NCBI RefSeq assembly: GCF_006345805.1
Contig: NC_042997.1
Span: forward strand, 117,986,001 to 118,050,000
Reading direction: 5' to 3'
Length of the DNA stretch: 64,000 bases
DNA from: Octopus sinensis
Lineage: Eukaryota
Shown: piece by piece, positions 46,384-59,755 of the stretch
Layout: the number at the start of each line of letters is the position of its first letter
Numbering within the stretch: position 1 is the first letter of the stretch
The notes under the pieces: generated by a model
Database searches by the model: none
Seen by the model: the letters and a program-made list of their open reading frames with translations, nothing else
Told to the model about the DNA's origin: nothing
Position numbers and translations under genes: made by a program

Positions 46384-46503
46384 CTCAGTAACGGTCCAAT
46401 CGTATATAACTAGAACTGCGTTGAAGTTTGGCCAGGCGTCTACCCAGACTTCCAGCAAATAATTTTTGGGTTTAGGTGAGGATAACTGGATTATATTTTT
46501 GGT
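46384..46503 (-). CDS. Glycine N-acyltransferase-like gene, most upstream exon found (TKNII...LEVWVDAWPNFNAVLV...TE)
   Basis: AG/GTATGT bounded, 120 bp, phase 0 to 0. VD-x-WP-x-F is the conserved N-terminal GLYAT-family motif. The ATG exon was not located. Confidence 0.8.
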
Positions 46504-46599
46504 CTGAAATGGAGTTTTAAATATTTAACTAAATGCTGGCATAGATAATTTATGTATTAAAAATATGAAGCTCGAGTATAAGCATAAATTGTCGTAAGG

Positions 46600-46895
46600 G
46601 TGTGTGTATATCACATGGTTTCAGGTTCAGTTCTACTGCGTGGCACCTTGGATAGGTGTCTTCTATTGTAGCGTTGAACCAACCAAGGCCTTGCGATTAG
46701 ACTTCGTAGTAGCAAACTGAAAGCCCGTCGTCTGTGTGTGTGTGTGTGTGTGTTTCTCCATCACCTCTTAGTGGTTCAGCAAAAGTCTGACAGAATAAGT
46801 ACTAGGCTCAGTCCTGGGTTCGATTTGTTCGACTAAAACCAGCCCCCGAAGGCGGTGCTCCAGCATGGCCGAAGTCGAATGCCTAAAACAAGAGA
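46600..46895 (+). mobile_element. tRNA-derived SINE
   Basis: Family of 63010-63375. Confidence 0.7.
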
Positions 46896-47269
46896 ATGTG
46901 TGACCACGCAAATACTCTGGTCAAATGACGGAAATAAGACAAGCAAATTTCAATTTTTTTGGGGTTTTTTTTTGTTTTGGAGAATTCGTGTCGAGGCGGG
47001 AAGTCGGATCTTCATACTGTTTAAAAATCGGGTTTATCGTAGGGTTACTCGTTTACAGTGAGTGGATTGGAGCGACAAGAAACGAAGGTTTTCTGGTTCA
47101 AGTACAAAACACATTGCTCGTTTCGGTTTCAAGCTCGGCTACGAAAGGAGATTGCCAGAACCAGGAAACGGGGGGGGGGAACCAAGCAAGAAACCGTATT
47201 AATAGTGGACAACTATTGTCGTATATACGAATAAATATACACACAAACGCACATTCTTTTTTACTTTTG

Positions 47270-47570
47270 TCATTGGATACGGGCCATGTTGGAGCACTGC
47301 CTTGAAGTATTTCAATCGAATGTATCGGCTCTAGAACTAATGTTTTTAAAGCCTGGTACTTATTCTATCGGTCTCATGTGCTGAACTGTTATATTACAGG
47401 GAACATAAACCAACCAATATCAAGCGGTGGTTGGACACACACACGTAAACGACAGGCTTCTTTGAGCCAAATCCACTCAAAAAGCTCTGGTCAGACGGCG
47501 GCTATAGAACACACTAGCCCATGGTCCCATGCAGTGGGACTGAACCCAGAATGTGGTACTGAGCCCAGAA
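47270..47570 (-). mobile_element. Degenerate SINE
   Basis: Family of 37925-38340. Confidence 0.6.
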
Positions 47571-47574
47571 TCTG

Positions 47575-50500
47575 CCTTCGTTCTCTTCTTTCGTTCTCTT
47601 CTTTATTTCTCTTCTATCGTTCTCTTCTTTTCTCACTCGTTCTCTTGCTCTCCTCTCTCTCTTTCTCTTCTCTCTTCGTTCCCTTCTCTATTTCGTTCTC
47701 GTTCTCCTTTTTTCTCTCGTCTATTTTCCTCTTTTCTCTCGTTCTGATTCTTATTTCTCTCTTCTCTTTTCCTTCTATCTTCTGTCTTCTCTCTTCTCTT
47801 TTCCCCCTTGCCTCTTCTATCTTGCCTCTTCTATCTTGCCTCTTCTATCTTGCCTCTTGTATCTTGCCTCTTCCTTCTTGCCTCTTCCTTCTTGCCCCTT
47901 CCTTCTTGCCCCTTCTATCTTCTCCCTTCCTTCTTGCTCCTATTTTCTCTCTACCTTCTTGCCCATTCTCTCTTCCTTCATGCCCCTTCTATCTTCCTTC
48001 ATGCCCTTTCTCTCTTCCTTCTTTCCCCTTCTCTCTTCCTTCTTTCCCCTTCTATCTTCTCTCTTCCTTCTTTCCCCTTCTATCTTCTCTCTTCCTTCTT
48101 TCCCCTTCTATCTTCTCTCTTCCTTCTTTCCCCTTCTATCTTCTCTCCTTGCTCCTTCTCTCTTCCTTCTTGCTCCTTCTCTCTTCCTTCTTGCTCCTTC
48201 TCTCTTCCTTCTTGCTCCTTCTCTCTTCCTTCTTGCCCTTCTCTCTTCCTTCTTGCCCCTTTTCTCTTCTCTCTTGCCTCTTCTCTCTTCCTTCTTTCCC
48301 CTTCTATCTTCTCTCTTCCTTCTTTCCCCTTCCATCTTCTCTCTTCCTTCTTTCCCCTTCCATCTTCTCTCTTCCTTCTTTCCCCTTCCATCTTCTCTCT
48401 TCCTTCTTTCCCCTTCCATCTTCTCTCTTCCTTCTTTCCCCTTCCATCTTCTCTCTTCCTTCTTTCCTCTTTCATCTTGCCCCTTCTATCTTCTCTCTTT
48501 CATCTTGCCCCTTCTATCTTCTCTCTTTCATCTTGCCCCTTCTATCTTCTCTCTTTCATCTTGCCCCTTCTATCTTCTCTCTTTCATCTTGCCCCTTCTA
48601 TCTTCTCTCTTCCTTCTTGCCTCTTCTCTCTTCCATCTTGCCCCTTCTATCTTCTCTCTTCCATCTTGCCCCTTCTATCTTCTCTCTTCCATCTTGCCCC
48701 TTCTATCTTCTCTCTTCCATCTTGCCCCTTCTATCTTCTCTCTTCCATCTTGCCCCTTCTATCTTCTCTCTTCCATCTTGCCCCTTCTATCTTCTCTCTT
48801 CCATCTTGCCCCTTCTATCTTCTCTCTTTCATCTTGACCCTTCTATGTTCTCTTTCAACTTGCCCCATCTATCTTCTCTTTCATCTTGCCCCTTCTATCG
48901 TCTCTTTCATCTTGCCCCTTCTATCTTCTCTTTCATCTTGCCCCTTCTATCTTCTCTTTCATCTTGCCCCTTCTATCTTCTCTTTCATCTTGCCCCTTAT
49001 ATCTTCTCTCTTCCATCTTGCCCCTTCTATCTTCTCTTTCATTTTGCCCCTTCTATCTTCTCTCTTCCTTCTTTCCCCTTCTATCTTGTCTCTTTCATCT
49101 TGCCCCTTCTATCTTCTCTCTTCCTTCTCCCCCCTTCTCTCTTCCTTCTTTCCCCTTCTCTCTTCCTTATTTCCCCTTTTCTCTTCCTTTTTTCCCCTTC
49201 TCTCTTCCTTCATGCCCCTTCTCTCTTCCTTCTTTACCCTTCCATCTTCTCTCTTCCTTCTTTCCCCTTCTGTCTTCTCTCTTTCATCTTGCCCCTTCTA
49301 TCTTCTCTCTTCCTTCTTGTCTCTTCTATCTTCTCTCTTCCATCTTGCCCCTTCTATCGTCTCTCTTCCTTCTCCCCCTTCTATCTTTCTTTCCCCTTCT
49401 CTCTTCCTTCTTTCCCCTTCTCTCTTCCTTATTTCCCCTTCTCTCTTTTTTTCCCCTTCTCTCTTCCTTCTTTTCCCCTTCTCTCTTCCTTCTTGCCCTT
49501 TCTATCTTCTCTCTTCCTTCTTTCCCCTTCTCTCTTCCTTCTTTCCCCCTCTCTCTTCCTTCTTTCCCCCTCTCTCTTCCTTCTTTCCCTCTCTCTCTTC
49601 CTTCATGCCCCTTCTCTCTTCCTTCTTTCCCCTTCTATCTTCTCTTTCATCTTGCCCCTTCTATCTTCTCTCTTTCATCTTGCCCCTTCTATCTTCTCTC
49701 TTTCATCTTGCCCCTTCTATCTTCTCTCTTTCATCTTGCCCCTTCTATCTTCTCTCTTCCTTCTTGCCTCTTCTATCTTCTCTCTTTCATCTTGACCCTT
49801 CTATCTTCTCTCTTCCATCTTGACCCTTCTATCTTCTCTCTTTCATCTTGCCCCTTCTATCTTCTCTCTTTCATCTTGCCCCTTCTATCTTCTCTCTTTC
49901 ATCTTGCCCCTTCTATCTTCTCTCTTTCATCTTGCCCCTTCTATCTTCTCTCTTTCATCTTGCCCCTTCTATCTTCTCTCTTTCATCTTGCCCCTTCTAT
50001 CTTCTCTTTTTCATCTTGCCCCTTCTATCTTCTCTCTTTCATCTTGCCCCTTCTATCTTCTCTCTTTCATCTTGCCCCTTCTATCTTCTCTCTTTCATCT
50101 TGCCCCTTCTATCTTCTCTCTTTCATCTTGCCCCTTCTATCTTCTCTCTTTCATCTTGCTCCTTCTATCTTCTCTCTTCCATCTTGACCCTTCTATCTTC
50201 TCTCTTCCATCTTGACCCTTCTATCTTCTCTCTTCCATCTTGACCCCTTCTATCTTCTCTCTTCTATCTTGACCCTTCTATCTTCTCTCTTTCATCTTGA
50301 CCCTTCTATCTTCTCTCTTTCATCTTGACCCTTCTATCTTCTCTCTTTCATCTTGACCCTTCTATCTTCTCTCTTTCATCTTGCCCCTTCTATCTTCTCT
50401 CTTTCATCTTGCCCCTTCTATCTTCTCTCTTTCATCTTGCCCCTTCTATCTTCTCTCTTTCATCTTGCCCCTTCTATCTTCTCTCTTCCTTCTTGCCCCT

Positions 50501-51725
50501 TCTATCTTCTCTCTTCCTTCTTGCCCCTTCTATCTTCTCACTTCCTTCTTGCCCCTTCTATCTTCTCTCTTCCTTCTTGCCCCTTCTATCTTCTCTCTTC
50601 CTTCTCCCCTTCTCTCTTCCTTCTTTCCCCTTCTCTCTTCCTTCTTTCCCCTTCTCTCTTCCTTCTTTCCCCTTCTCTCTTCCTTCTTTCCCCTTCTCTC
50701 TTCCTTCTTTCCCCTTCTATCTTCTCTCTTCCTTCTTTCCCCTTCTATCTTCTCTCTTCCTTCTTTCCCCTTCTATCTTCTCTCTTCCTTCTTTCCCCTT
50801 CTATCTTCTCTCTTCCTTCTTTCCCCTTCTATCTTCTCTCTTCCTTCTTTCCCCTTCTATCTTCTCTCTTCCTTCTTGCCCTTTCTATCTTCTCTCTTCC
50901 TTCTTGCCCTTTCTATCTTCTCTCTTCCTTCTTTCCCCTTCTCTCTTCCTTCTTTCTTTCTCTTTCCTTCTTCCCCTTCTCTCTTCCTTCTTTCCCCTTC
51001 TCTCTTCCTTCTTTCCCCTTCTCTCTTCCTTCTTTCCCCTTCTCTCTTACTTCTTTCCCCTTCTCTCTTACTTCTTTCCTCTTCTCGCTTCTCTCTTCCT
51101 TCTTTCCTCTTCTATCTTCTCCTTCTATCTTTCTTTTCCCTTCTCTCTTCCTTCTCCCCCTTCTATCTTTCTTTTCCCTTCTCTCTTCCTTCTTTCCCCT
51201 TCTCTCTTCCTTCTTTCCCCTTCTCTCTTCCTTCTTTCCCCTTCTGTCTTCTCTCTTCCATCTTACCCCTTGTATCTTCTCTCTTCCATCTTGCCCCTTG
51301 TATCTTCTCTCTTCCATCTTGCCCCTTTATCTTCTCTCTTACTTGCCCCCTTCTATCTTCTCTCTTCCATCTTGCTCCTTTAATCTTCTCTCTTCCATCT
51401 TGCTATTTCTATCTTCTCTCTTCGATCTTGACCCTTCTATCTTCTCTATTCCATCTTGACCTTCTATTCTCTCTTCTATCTTGACCTTCTATCTTCTCTT
51501 CATCTTGACCATTCTATCTTCTCTCTTTCATCTTGACCCTTCTATCTTCTCTCTTTCATCTTGACCCTTCTATCTTCTCTCTTTCATCTTGACCCTTCTA
51601 TGTTCTCTCTTCCATCTTGCCCCTTCTATCTTCTCTCTTCCATCTTGGCCCTTCTATCTTCTCTCTTCCATCTTGGCCCTTCTATCTTCTCTCTTTCATC
51701 TTCCCCCTTCTATCTTCTCTCTTTT
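47575..51725. repeat. 4.1-kb polypyrimidine/polypurine minisatellite built from 7-bp units (21- and 28-bp higher-order units)
   Basis: Examples are (CTTCTAT CTTCTCT CTTTCAT CTTGCCC)n and (CTTCTCT CTTCCTT CTTTCCC)n. Confidence 0.95.
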
Positions 51726-52346
51726 CCATCTGATCTGTTTTATGCAAGTCAGGCCTGACGCCAACGAGACTGCAACAATAAAAGAGGAAAATTTCCCGCC
51801 ACTATTTGCTGAAACTGACTGCTTGAACGCCACTGTTTTGTTTCCTCTTTCGCTTCACTCATCTTTTTTCACTCTGTTCTGTTTGTTCTCTCTGGACTGT
51901 CTTTGTTGCGGGGCTTGTCTTGTTTCTTTGAATTTTTCGTTGCCGTCGCTGTCACTCGTACTGTATTAAAAAATTCCCCCGTCGTGCTCTGCCGCTCTAG
52001 CGTGCGCACCGCCTATATAGTACATTTTCAAAATTTCTTTTTTCCTTTCCCTTCTCGTCCTCTGCTGCTGTCGCTTGTACTACATCTTTTCTTGCCGTCG
52101 TTTGTTGCTGTCGTTTGCAGATTTTTGTCTTGTTTCTGTGTGTGCGCGTGCGTGTTAGTCCTGGGTTTGTTCTGTTTGTAGGGCGGCATGTTTGTGTCTC
52201 TGTTCGTCCTGTCGTCGTTCGTGGTTGTTACTTCTCAGCAAACTGACGATTGCACCTCTCTCTCCTCCTCAGACTACAGATATTCCACTTGAAAACGACA
52301 GATCCCTCTCCTTATATCAATATGTCACCACAGGTGATTATTCTTC

Positions 52347-52379
<33 letters not shown>

Positions 52380-52380
<1 letters not shown>

Positions 52381-54007
52381 TAACAGTTACCCGGCGTTGC
52401 CCGTATTACATGCAATTGAAGAATTAGACTTTTCTGTTATATTTTCTGTAATGAACTGGAATACCTATGTTTCGGATTTCACCGAAATTGTTGAGAATTA
52501 TTTCCCACTTTACGCACCCTAAAAAAATTGTAATCTTGCCACATGTACCCCATACTACTGATTTGTATGCGCATATTCCAAAATTCCCTTCTTATAGAAC
52601 CTGAAAAATGGCCGTAATGGAGCTCTAAAATGTGAAAGTTAAGGCTCCTATTGCAGGTGGGCGTCTTAATGTCAAACAGAAGTTGAATTGTTGAGAATCT
52701 CTTTAAGTTGGATCCTATATCTATTGTTTGAATTTCTTTCAAATAGGAAATATATGTTCACTGCAAAGCTACAGGAAACCAAAAGACGAATGATCACAAT
52801 AAGTAGTCAGATACCCTAGTCGTTACCACTTCCAATGTAGTATTCCTCACCATCCAGGTGACAGGCACAGCCGTAAGGTGCATTACGAATCTATAGGAAT
52901 TGGAAGGGCGTGATGCAACTGAAATAAACATTAACAACTGTATGACGTGAGGGCTAACGAGAAATAAAAGTTGGAGTTTTCAAATGACTACTATACTGAT
53001 ACGTAACTGGACAGAATAAATTTGCAATTTATAAATGTCTTTGAATAACTAGTCACTCATCTGGGAAGGCCTTGAAATCAATGATACCATGTGGGGACTA
53101 TGTGTGACTCAGTGATAATAAAAAGACTGAAAGGAGGTCTGTAATCAAGTAACTTTACTCAACACTTTGCAACTGAATCAGTGGAAGCAAATAGGCTTCT
53201 CATTTACTTGACAATTTATGCAGCACATTGCAGAAATCACAATCTAAGTGTATGTCAAAGCAAACTCTTACACTGTTGTATCATTGAATTAAAAATAATG
53301 CTCATCTTTTATGCTCGGGTGACCTTACAGCTTCCAAGAGTACAACTATTCATCTTTGCTTAGATAAAATGACAAAATTGTGGGTGTTAAGTCCCCACAG
53401 AGAGGTCTTTCTAACTCGTAAGATGAAATTTTATAAATATTACTTAATTTGTATCGAATATCTATGGTTAAAATTTCATCAACAGCAAAAATATATGAAC
53501 TGGCATGGGGGTTATGGCCCTTATGCATAGAATATAATTTCCAAATTTCGTAAAGATCCATTCAGTACTTTTGACCTAGTTTTGGATCATAAAAGAAATG
53601 ACTAAAATTTGGGAGTTAAGGTTCCCATTAGGGTGTCTTAGAATTCTCATGTGAAGTGGAAACTTTGAGAATACTTCTTGATGAAATTTCAACCATTGGT
53701 AATTGACACACATCAACATCGAAAATTTATGAATTTTCATGGGGGTTCTGCCCCCTTTAAGCCATCTGAAATTCAAACCAAACATATTGCATTATACCCA
53801 CCCGCCTTATGCATTGAATAAGTTTCAAATATTATAAGGATCCATTCAGTAATTTTGGTCCATGAAATTGTATGAAACACACAGCATTACCCTTCTCCAT
53901 AGTCTTGGATTTTTGTGCTCCAAATTTCATTAAAATCGGTGCAGCAGGTTTGGAATGTATAAGTAACACACGAACACTCATAAAGACATTGACTTTGATA
54001 TAATAGA
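52380..54007 (-). mobile_element. Non-autonomous Helitron-like element, about 1.6 kb
   Basis: Minus-strand 5' A|TC at 54007. The 3' GCAACGCCGGG motif shared with the other Helitron ends is followed by a TTAG|T terminus at 52380. Confidence 0.6.
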
Positions 54008-54336
54008 TATGAATGTTCACATATACATACGTGTATGTGTGTGTGTGTAATACACACGCACACACAAAGTTAAATTGACAGATATAACTGAGTGGGCAAA
54101 GAAAAATGAGACACAGCCTAGTGCTTTTTTATGTTGATAAACCTGGTACTTATTCTATTAGTTTCTTCTTGTGAGACCAGTAAATTATGGGGATGTAAAT
54201 AAGCGAACAGCAGTGATGAGGGTGAAACATAGAAACAAAGTCGCACACATACACTTATATATATATATATATTTCTATACGACTGATTTCTTTAAGTTTC
54301 TGTCTACAAAATCTCTCTTTCTCTCTCTTTCACTCG

Positions 54337-54378
<42 letters not shown>

Positions 54379-54432
54379 CCCTCCCCTCTCTCTCTATCTA
54401 TATGTATATCTATCTATCTATCTATCTATCTA

Positions 54433-54477
<45 letters not shown>

Positions 54478-54524
54478 ATATGTGTGTGTGTGTGTGAGTG
54501 CGTGTGTATATGTATATATGTATG

Positions 54525-55090
54525 TCAGGTCACTTTCGAATGCTACTGGTAACATGTAACCCAGTACAACCTGTCGCATGGTCGGGCCGTCGGCGACTAA
54601 ACTGGCAACCCCACCAAGCTTGCTTAGTGAGGAGGGTGTTTATTGGACACCCTGCGGGATGAAAAACAAAACCCGTCAAAAGGCGGAGGAACTCTTGAGA
54701 GCCAACGGCCATCCAATAAATGTCTTAAGGCTGTATCATGCGCAGGGACATAGAAATAATCGGACTGAATACCCGATCGCGCGGTAAAACCATTGGGAGT
54801 GAAGGACTCCTAGCCTTTGTTAGGGCATCCTTCTAGGAGGAGGTAACTGGGATAACTCCGACATAAAACCTGCGGCTTAGTGGTTACCGATGATGTTGAC
54901 TTGTTCTTCTTTTCGGATTATGGCTGCTGTTGCTTAGTGAGTGGGATTGATCAGTGCACAGCCTTTCCTCACATTACAAAAATCTTCTTGCACAGGCATT
55001 GCACGATAACAACATTGTTCATGATTGTTGATGGTGCTATGAGTCTCAACTGAATGGCTGGCTGTAGCCTTAAAAAGCAAATAAGTCACA
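54525..55090 (+). mobile_element. Probable RTE-type LINE 5' UTR-derived repeat
   Basis: GGGCATCCTTCTAGGAGGAGGTAACT...ATAAAACC resembles RTE 5' UTRs; no ORF supports it. Confidence 0.35.
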
Positions 55091-55269
55091 TTCGATCACA
55101 GCACCAATAACAGTTAAGCTTCGTGCAATGGCCATACTCGATAACGAGGGGGGAGTCATCATGTATATATATATATATGTATGTATGTATGTATGTATCT
55201 GTGTGTATATGTATGTATGTATCTGTGTGTGTGTGTGTGTGTGTGTATGTATATATATGTATGTATATA

Positions 55270-56540
55270 CGAGGGGCGTTCAATAAGTAATGCCCCTGAC
55301 CCACTTCCCATAGCAGTAGAGCAACGAAACTTGGCACAGTTATTAGTCTTTTCCTACATAGGAACCACCCAGAGTTACACCTTTCTCCCATTGTTTAATG
55401 CAGCTCTGGAGACCGTTTTTGTAGAAGACCCCAGCTTGGTCCTCCAACCTCGACGTGACTTCAGAAATCAAGGCTGCATCATCTGGGAAACGCTTTCCTT
55501 TCAAAAACAACTTCATGGCTGGGATGAGATGAAAATCAGAGGGTGCAAGGTCAGGAGAGTTCATAGGGGGCGGAGTTCATAGCCGCACACCTGTGCTTCT
55601 GATCTGGCGACACGCGAGTTGTGGCCCGGAGCGTTGTCCTGCAGGAGGAGGATGCTTTTGCTGATCTTGCCCCGCCTCTTGATTTTGATGGCTTCTCTTA
55701 ATTTCCTCAAAAGTGAAGCATAATAGGCTCCTATAATTGTGGTACCCTTTGCCAGGAAATCTGTCATCATTACTCCGTCCTGGTCCCAGAAGACTATGAG
55801 CATGATCTTGCAAGTGGAGGGCTGCACACTTGCCTTCTTTGGAGGAGGTGAGTCACGGTGCTTCCACTGCATTGACTGGGCTTTGGTCTCTGGATCATCG
55901 CGATGGACCCAGGTTTCATCCTGTGTAATCAGTCTTTTGAAAAAGCTAGACTCATCTTCTTGGCACATCTCCAAATTCATCCTCGTACACTCGACGCGTT
56001 CTTGCTTCTGGAAAGGTGTGAGCAACCTGGAAATCCATCTGGCAGACACCTTTTGCATATGCAAATAGTCATGAATGATAGTGTCCACAGACCCGGTACT
56101 AATCTTGACCTCATGGACTATTTCGCGAATAGTTATGCGTCGATCTTCCAAAATGGCAGCCTCAACTTGACGGACATATACCTCATCAATGGCAGAAGTA
56201 GGGTGACCAGATCTGGGAGCTGTTTCCACAGAGTTCCGACCATGTTTGAATTCACGATGCCAGCATTTTACAAGGTCATATGATGGGGCATCATCACCAT
56301 AAGTTATTTTCATTTCAGCAAAAGTCTCCCGTGGTGTGCGTCCTTTCAAATACAAAAACCGGATCACTGTTCGACACTCAACAAGCTCCATTTCACACTT
56401 GACTCAGTTCAAACACCTGTAAATCAGAAACCACAATTAATTCAGAGCTGTAATTTGCTACTTAATCTATAGAGATATCAATAATTGCACATGCAAAAAC
56501 TGCAAGTGGGCCAGAGGCGTTACTTATTGAACGCCCCTCG
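55270..56540 (-). mobile_element. Full-length mariner element (1271 bp) with TIRs and TA TSD
   Basis: TIR CGAGGGGCGTTCAATAAGTAA at both ends, with TA flanks, inside a microsatellite. Confidence 0.95.
55343..56391 (-). pseudogene. Mariner DD34D transposase with one frameshift near 55565
   Basis: Motifs QDETW, LLQDNA and SPDLAPSDF, plus an N-terminal HTH and PRSG. Confidence 0.92.
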
Positions 56541-56952
56541 TATATGTATGTGTATGTATATGTATTTATATATATGTATGTATATGTATTTATATATATG
56601 TATGTATATGTATATATATGTATGTTTGTGTATATATGTATGTGTATATGTATGTATATATATGTATGTGTATGTGTATATGTATGCATATATATGTATG
56701 TGTATATGTATGTGTATATGTATGTGTATATGTATGTATGTATATATATGTGTGTATGTATGTATGTATGTATGTATATGTATGTGTGTATGTATGTGTG
56801 TATATGTGTGTGTGTGTATGTGTATGTATGTATATGTATGTATGTATGTATATATGTGTGTATGTGTATGTGTATGTGTATATGTATGTATATGTATATG
56901 TATGTATGTATATGTATATATATGTATGTGTATGTATATATGTATGTATATT
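56541..56952. repeat. Compound (TATG)/(TG)/(TA) microsatellite
   Basis: Seen directly in the sequence. Confidence 0.95.
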
Positions 56953-59017
56953 ATCAGAAAAACAAAAAGAACAAAAAAAAAATTAACAAACTAAAGTACT
57001 GCCAACAGCAACACACACATTCGACGGCTATCGCACTGCTTGAATCCAAAAAATATAACCTCCAACAATGCATGAAGACCCTCATCAATAACCAAAGATC
57101 AGCTGAGGAGAAGTGGGCCATTGAAAAAATCAAACTCAACCCCAAAGTGTTCTTTCCATTTGCGAGGAAACACAGGGCCACTGTCTCCATTGTTGGCCCT
57201 CTAATTGATGAAACTGGCACTCTCCAAGATAATGCCAAATCCATGGCCGAGATACTGCAGAAACAATACTGCTCTCTTTTCAGCAATCCTGATATGGCCG
57301 ATCTGGGCTGTATCAGTGATGTCAACCCCCAACACACTATATCGGACATAACGTTTGGTGCCTCTGATGTCTTAGCGGCGATAAACGAAATAAAACACAA
57401 TTCAGCAGTAGGCCCCGATAGGTTCCCTGCTTGTGTCCTGAAGGTGTGTCGACACCAACTTGCATCTCCCCTTGCTAATCTGTGGAGAAACTCACTGGAT
57501 GCTGGCTATATTCCAAAAAGCCTTCTGTCCCAGTCTGTTGTCCCAGTTTTCAAAAAGGGAAACAAGTCCCTTGCAGTGAACTACCGTCCGATCTCACTCA
57601 CCTCTCATATCATCAAGGTATTTGAGAGGGTGGTGAGATCTCGAATAAAACCCAATTTCTGGAAAGCAACAGACGGCTGATCTCTAACCAACATGGGTTC
57701 CGTAATGGAAGGGACTGCCTAACGCAGCTCCTGCATCACTTTGTGACATTGAGAGCTTTGGGAGATGGCTCCAACACCGATGTCATCTACCTTGATTTCA
57801 GTAAGGCCTTCGAAGGGTGATCACAAGATCCTATTGAAAAAACTATCCAACATTGGTGTCTCTGGAAAGTTACTGAAATGGATCAAGTGTTTCCTGACAG
57901 ACAGATCTCAACATGTTGTAGTTGAAGGGGTAAAATCAAGCCCAGCCAAAGTCAGTAGTGGCATTCCGCAAGGCACTGTGCTGGGCCCACTTCTTCATTC
58001 ATTTACATTAATGACATTAATGACATCACCAAGCACAGCAACATAAAAATCTTTGCAGATGATTCCAAGCTACAGAAGGTCATAAATGAGGCGAGTGACC
58101 GGACATGCCTTCAGTCAGATCTACTGGCTGTTATCCAATGGGCAGAAAAAAACAATATGCTGCTGAACGAGGATAAATTTGAGTTAATCCACTTTGGAAA
58201 AGAGGATGCCCTGAAACTCCCATACTCCCTTCCTTCAGGTGAAACTCTCGTGGCATCCAACAACATCAGAGACTTGGGAGTAATTGTGGACAACAACATA
58301 AGCTGGGCCACTCATATAAACACCAAGGTTGACATGGCCCGCAGAATGCGTTCCTGGATTCTCAGAACTTTTCAGTCGAGAGATATCTACACCATTATCC
58401 TTCTCTTCTCCACTTTTGCCCGACCCCACCTTGAATACTGTTGTCCACTGTGGTCTCCCCACACAAAACAAAGTATCATAAAAGTTGAAGCACCTCAAAG
58501 GGCAATAACAAAAAAGATAGATGGCATGACAGGCCTCGTCTATTGGGGTCGACTAGAAAAGAAAGCTAAAAACTTTATTCTCCCAACGTCGCCGTGAGCG
58601 CTACATCATCTGCATGATGTGGAAAATATTCCATCAGCATTGCCCAAATGATGTTGGCATCACCTTTAAGGTACATCCAAGGCTTGGGCCCTGTGCCATC
58701 CGCCCAAAACAAAAATCGCATTCTCATCTCATAACAACAATACGGCACAATTATTTCACCTCAATTGGCCCCGCTCTCTTTAACATTACACCAAAACACA
58801 TTAAAACAGAAACAGACCCTATAGGGTTCAAGAAGTCTTTGGACAGATTCCTTCAGGAGATCCCGGATAAACCCCCTACACCCGGATATGTCTCTGTAAA
58901 CAATAACTCTCTACTTGAGTGGGCCATAGTGCCCAAATTCTGACTTGAAAGAATTCACCAGGTGGTGCTATTAAGTTAGACATGGCCTGGGCCAATAATG
59001 GCCGAAACCTATCAAAG
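56953..59017 (+). mobile_element. 5'-truncated CR1/L2-type LINE (RT region, frameshifted)
   Basis: Motifs GPDRFP, NYRPISLTSHIIKVFERVV, YLDFSKAF, GIPQGTVLGP, FADD and RPHLEYCCPLWSP. The 3' end is GGCCGAAACCTATCAAAG. Confidence 0.92.
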
Positions 59018-59755
59018 TATATATGTATGTGTATATATATGTATATATATGTATGTGTATATATGTATGTGTAAGTGTGTATGTGTATATGTATGTGTAT
59101 ATATATATGTGTATATGTATGTGTATATATGTATGTGTATATGTATGTGTATATATATGTGTATATATATGTGTGTATGTATATGTATGTGTATATATAT
59201 GTATGTGTATATGTATGTATATGTATGTATGTGTATATGTATGTATATATATGTATATGTATGTATATATATGTATGTGTATATGTATGTATATATATGT
59301 ATGTGTATATGTATGTATGTATGTGTATATGTATGTATATATATGTATATGTATGCATATATATGTATGCATATATATGTGTGTGTATGTGTATATGTAT
59401 GTGTATATGTATGTGTATATATGTATGTGTGCATATGTGTGTGTGCATATGTGTGTGTATATATGTATGTGCATATGTATGTGCATATGTGTGTGTATAT
59501 ATGTGCATATGTGTGTGTATATATGTGTGTATATATGTGTATGTGTGTGTATGTGTGTATGTGTGTGTATATATGTGTATGTGTGTGTGTATGTGTGTAT
59601 ATGTATGTGTATGTGTGTATGTGTGTGTATGTATATGTATGTGTGTGTATGTATATGTATGTGTATATGTGTGTATGTATATGTATGTGTATATGTGTGT
59701 ATGTATATGTATGTATACCTGTGTATGTATATGTATGTATATATGTATGTATGAT
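59018..59755. repeat. Compound TA/TG microsatellite
   Basis: Seen directly in the sequence. Confidence 0.95.

Noticed and set aside
47378-51969. Very long ORFs (up to 805 aa, Leu/Ser/Phe/Pro-rich) and their Glu/Arg/Lys-rich antisense ORFs
   Set aside because: They are artefacts of a stop-poor pyrimidine repeat and are open in several frames.
51730-52330. GC-richer segment with TATATAG as a promoter or LINE 5' end
   Set aside because: There is no ORF, second copy or terminal structure in the window to support a call.
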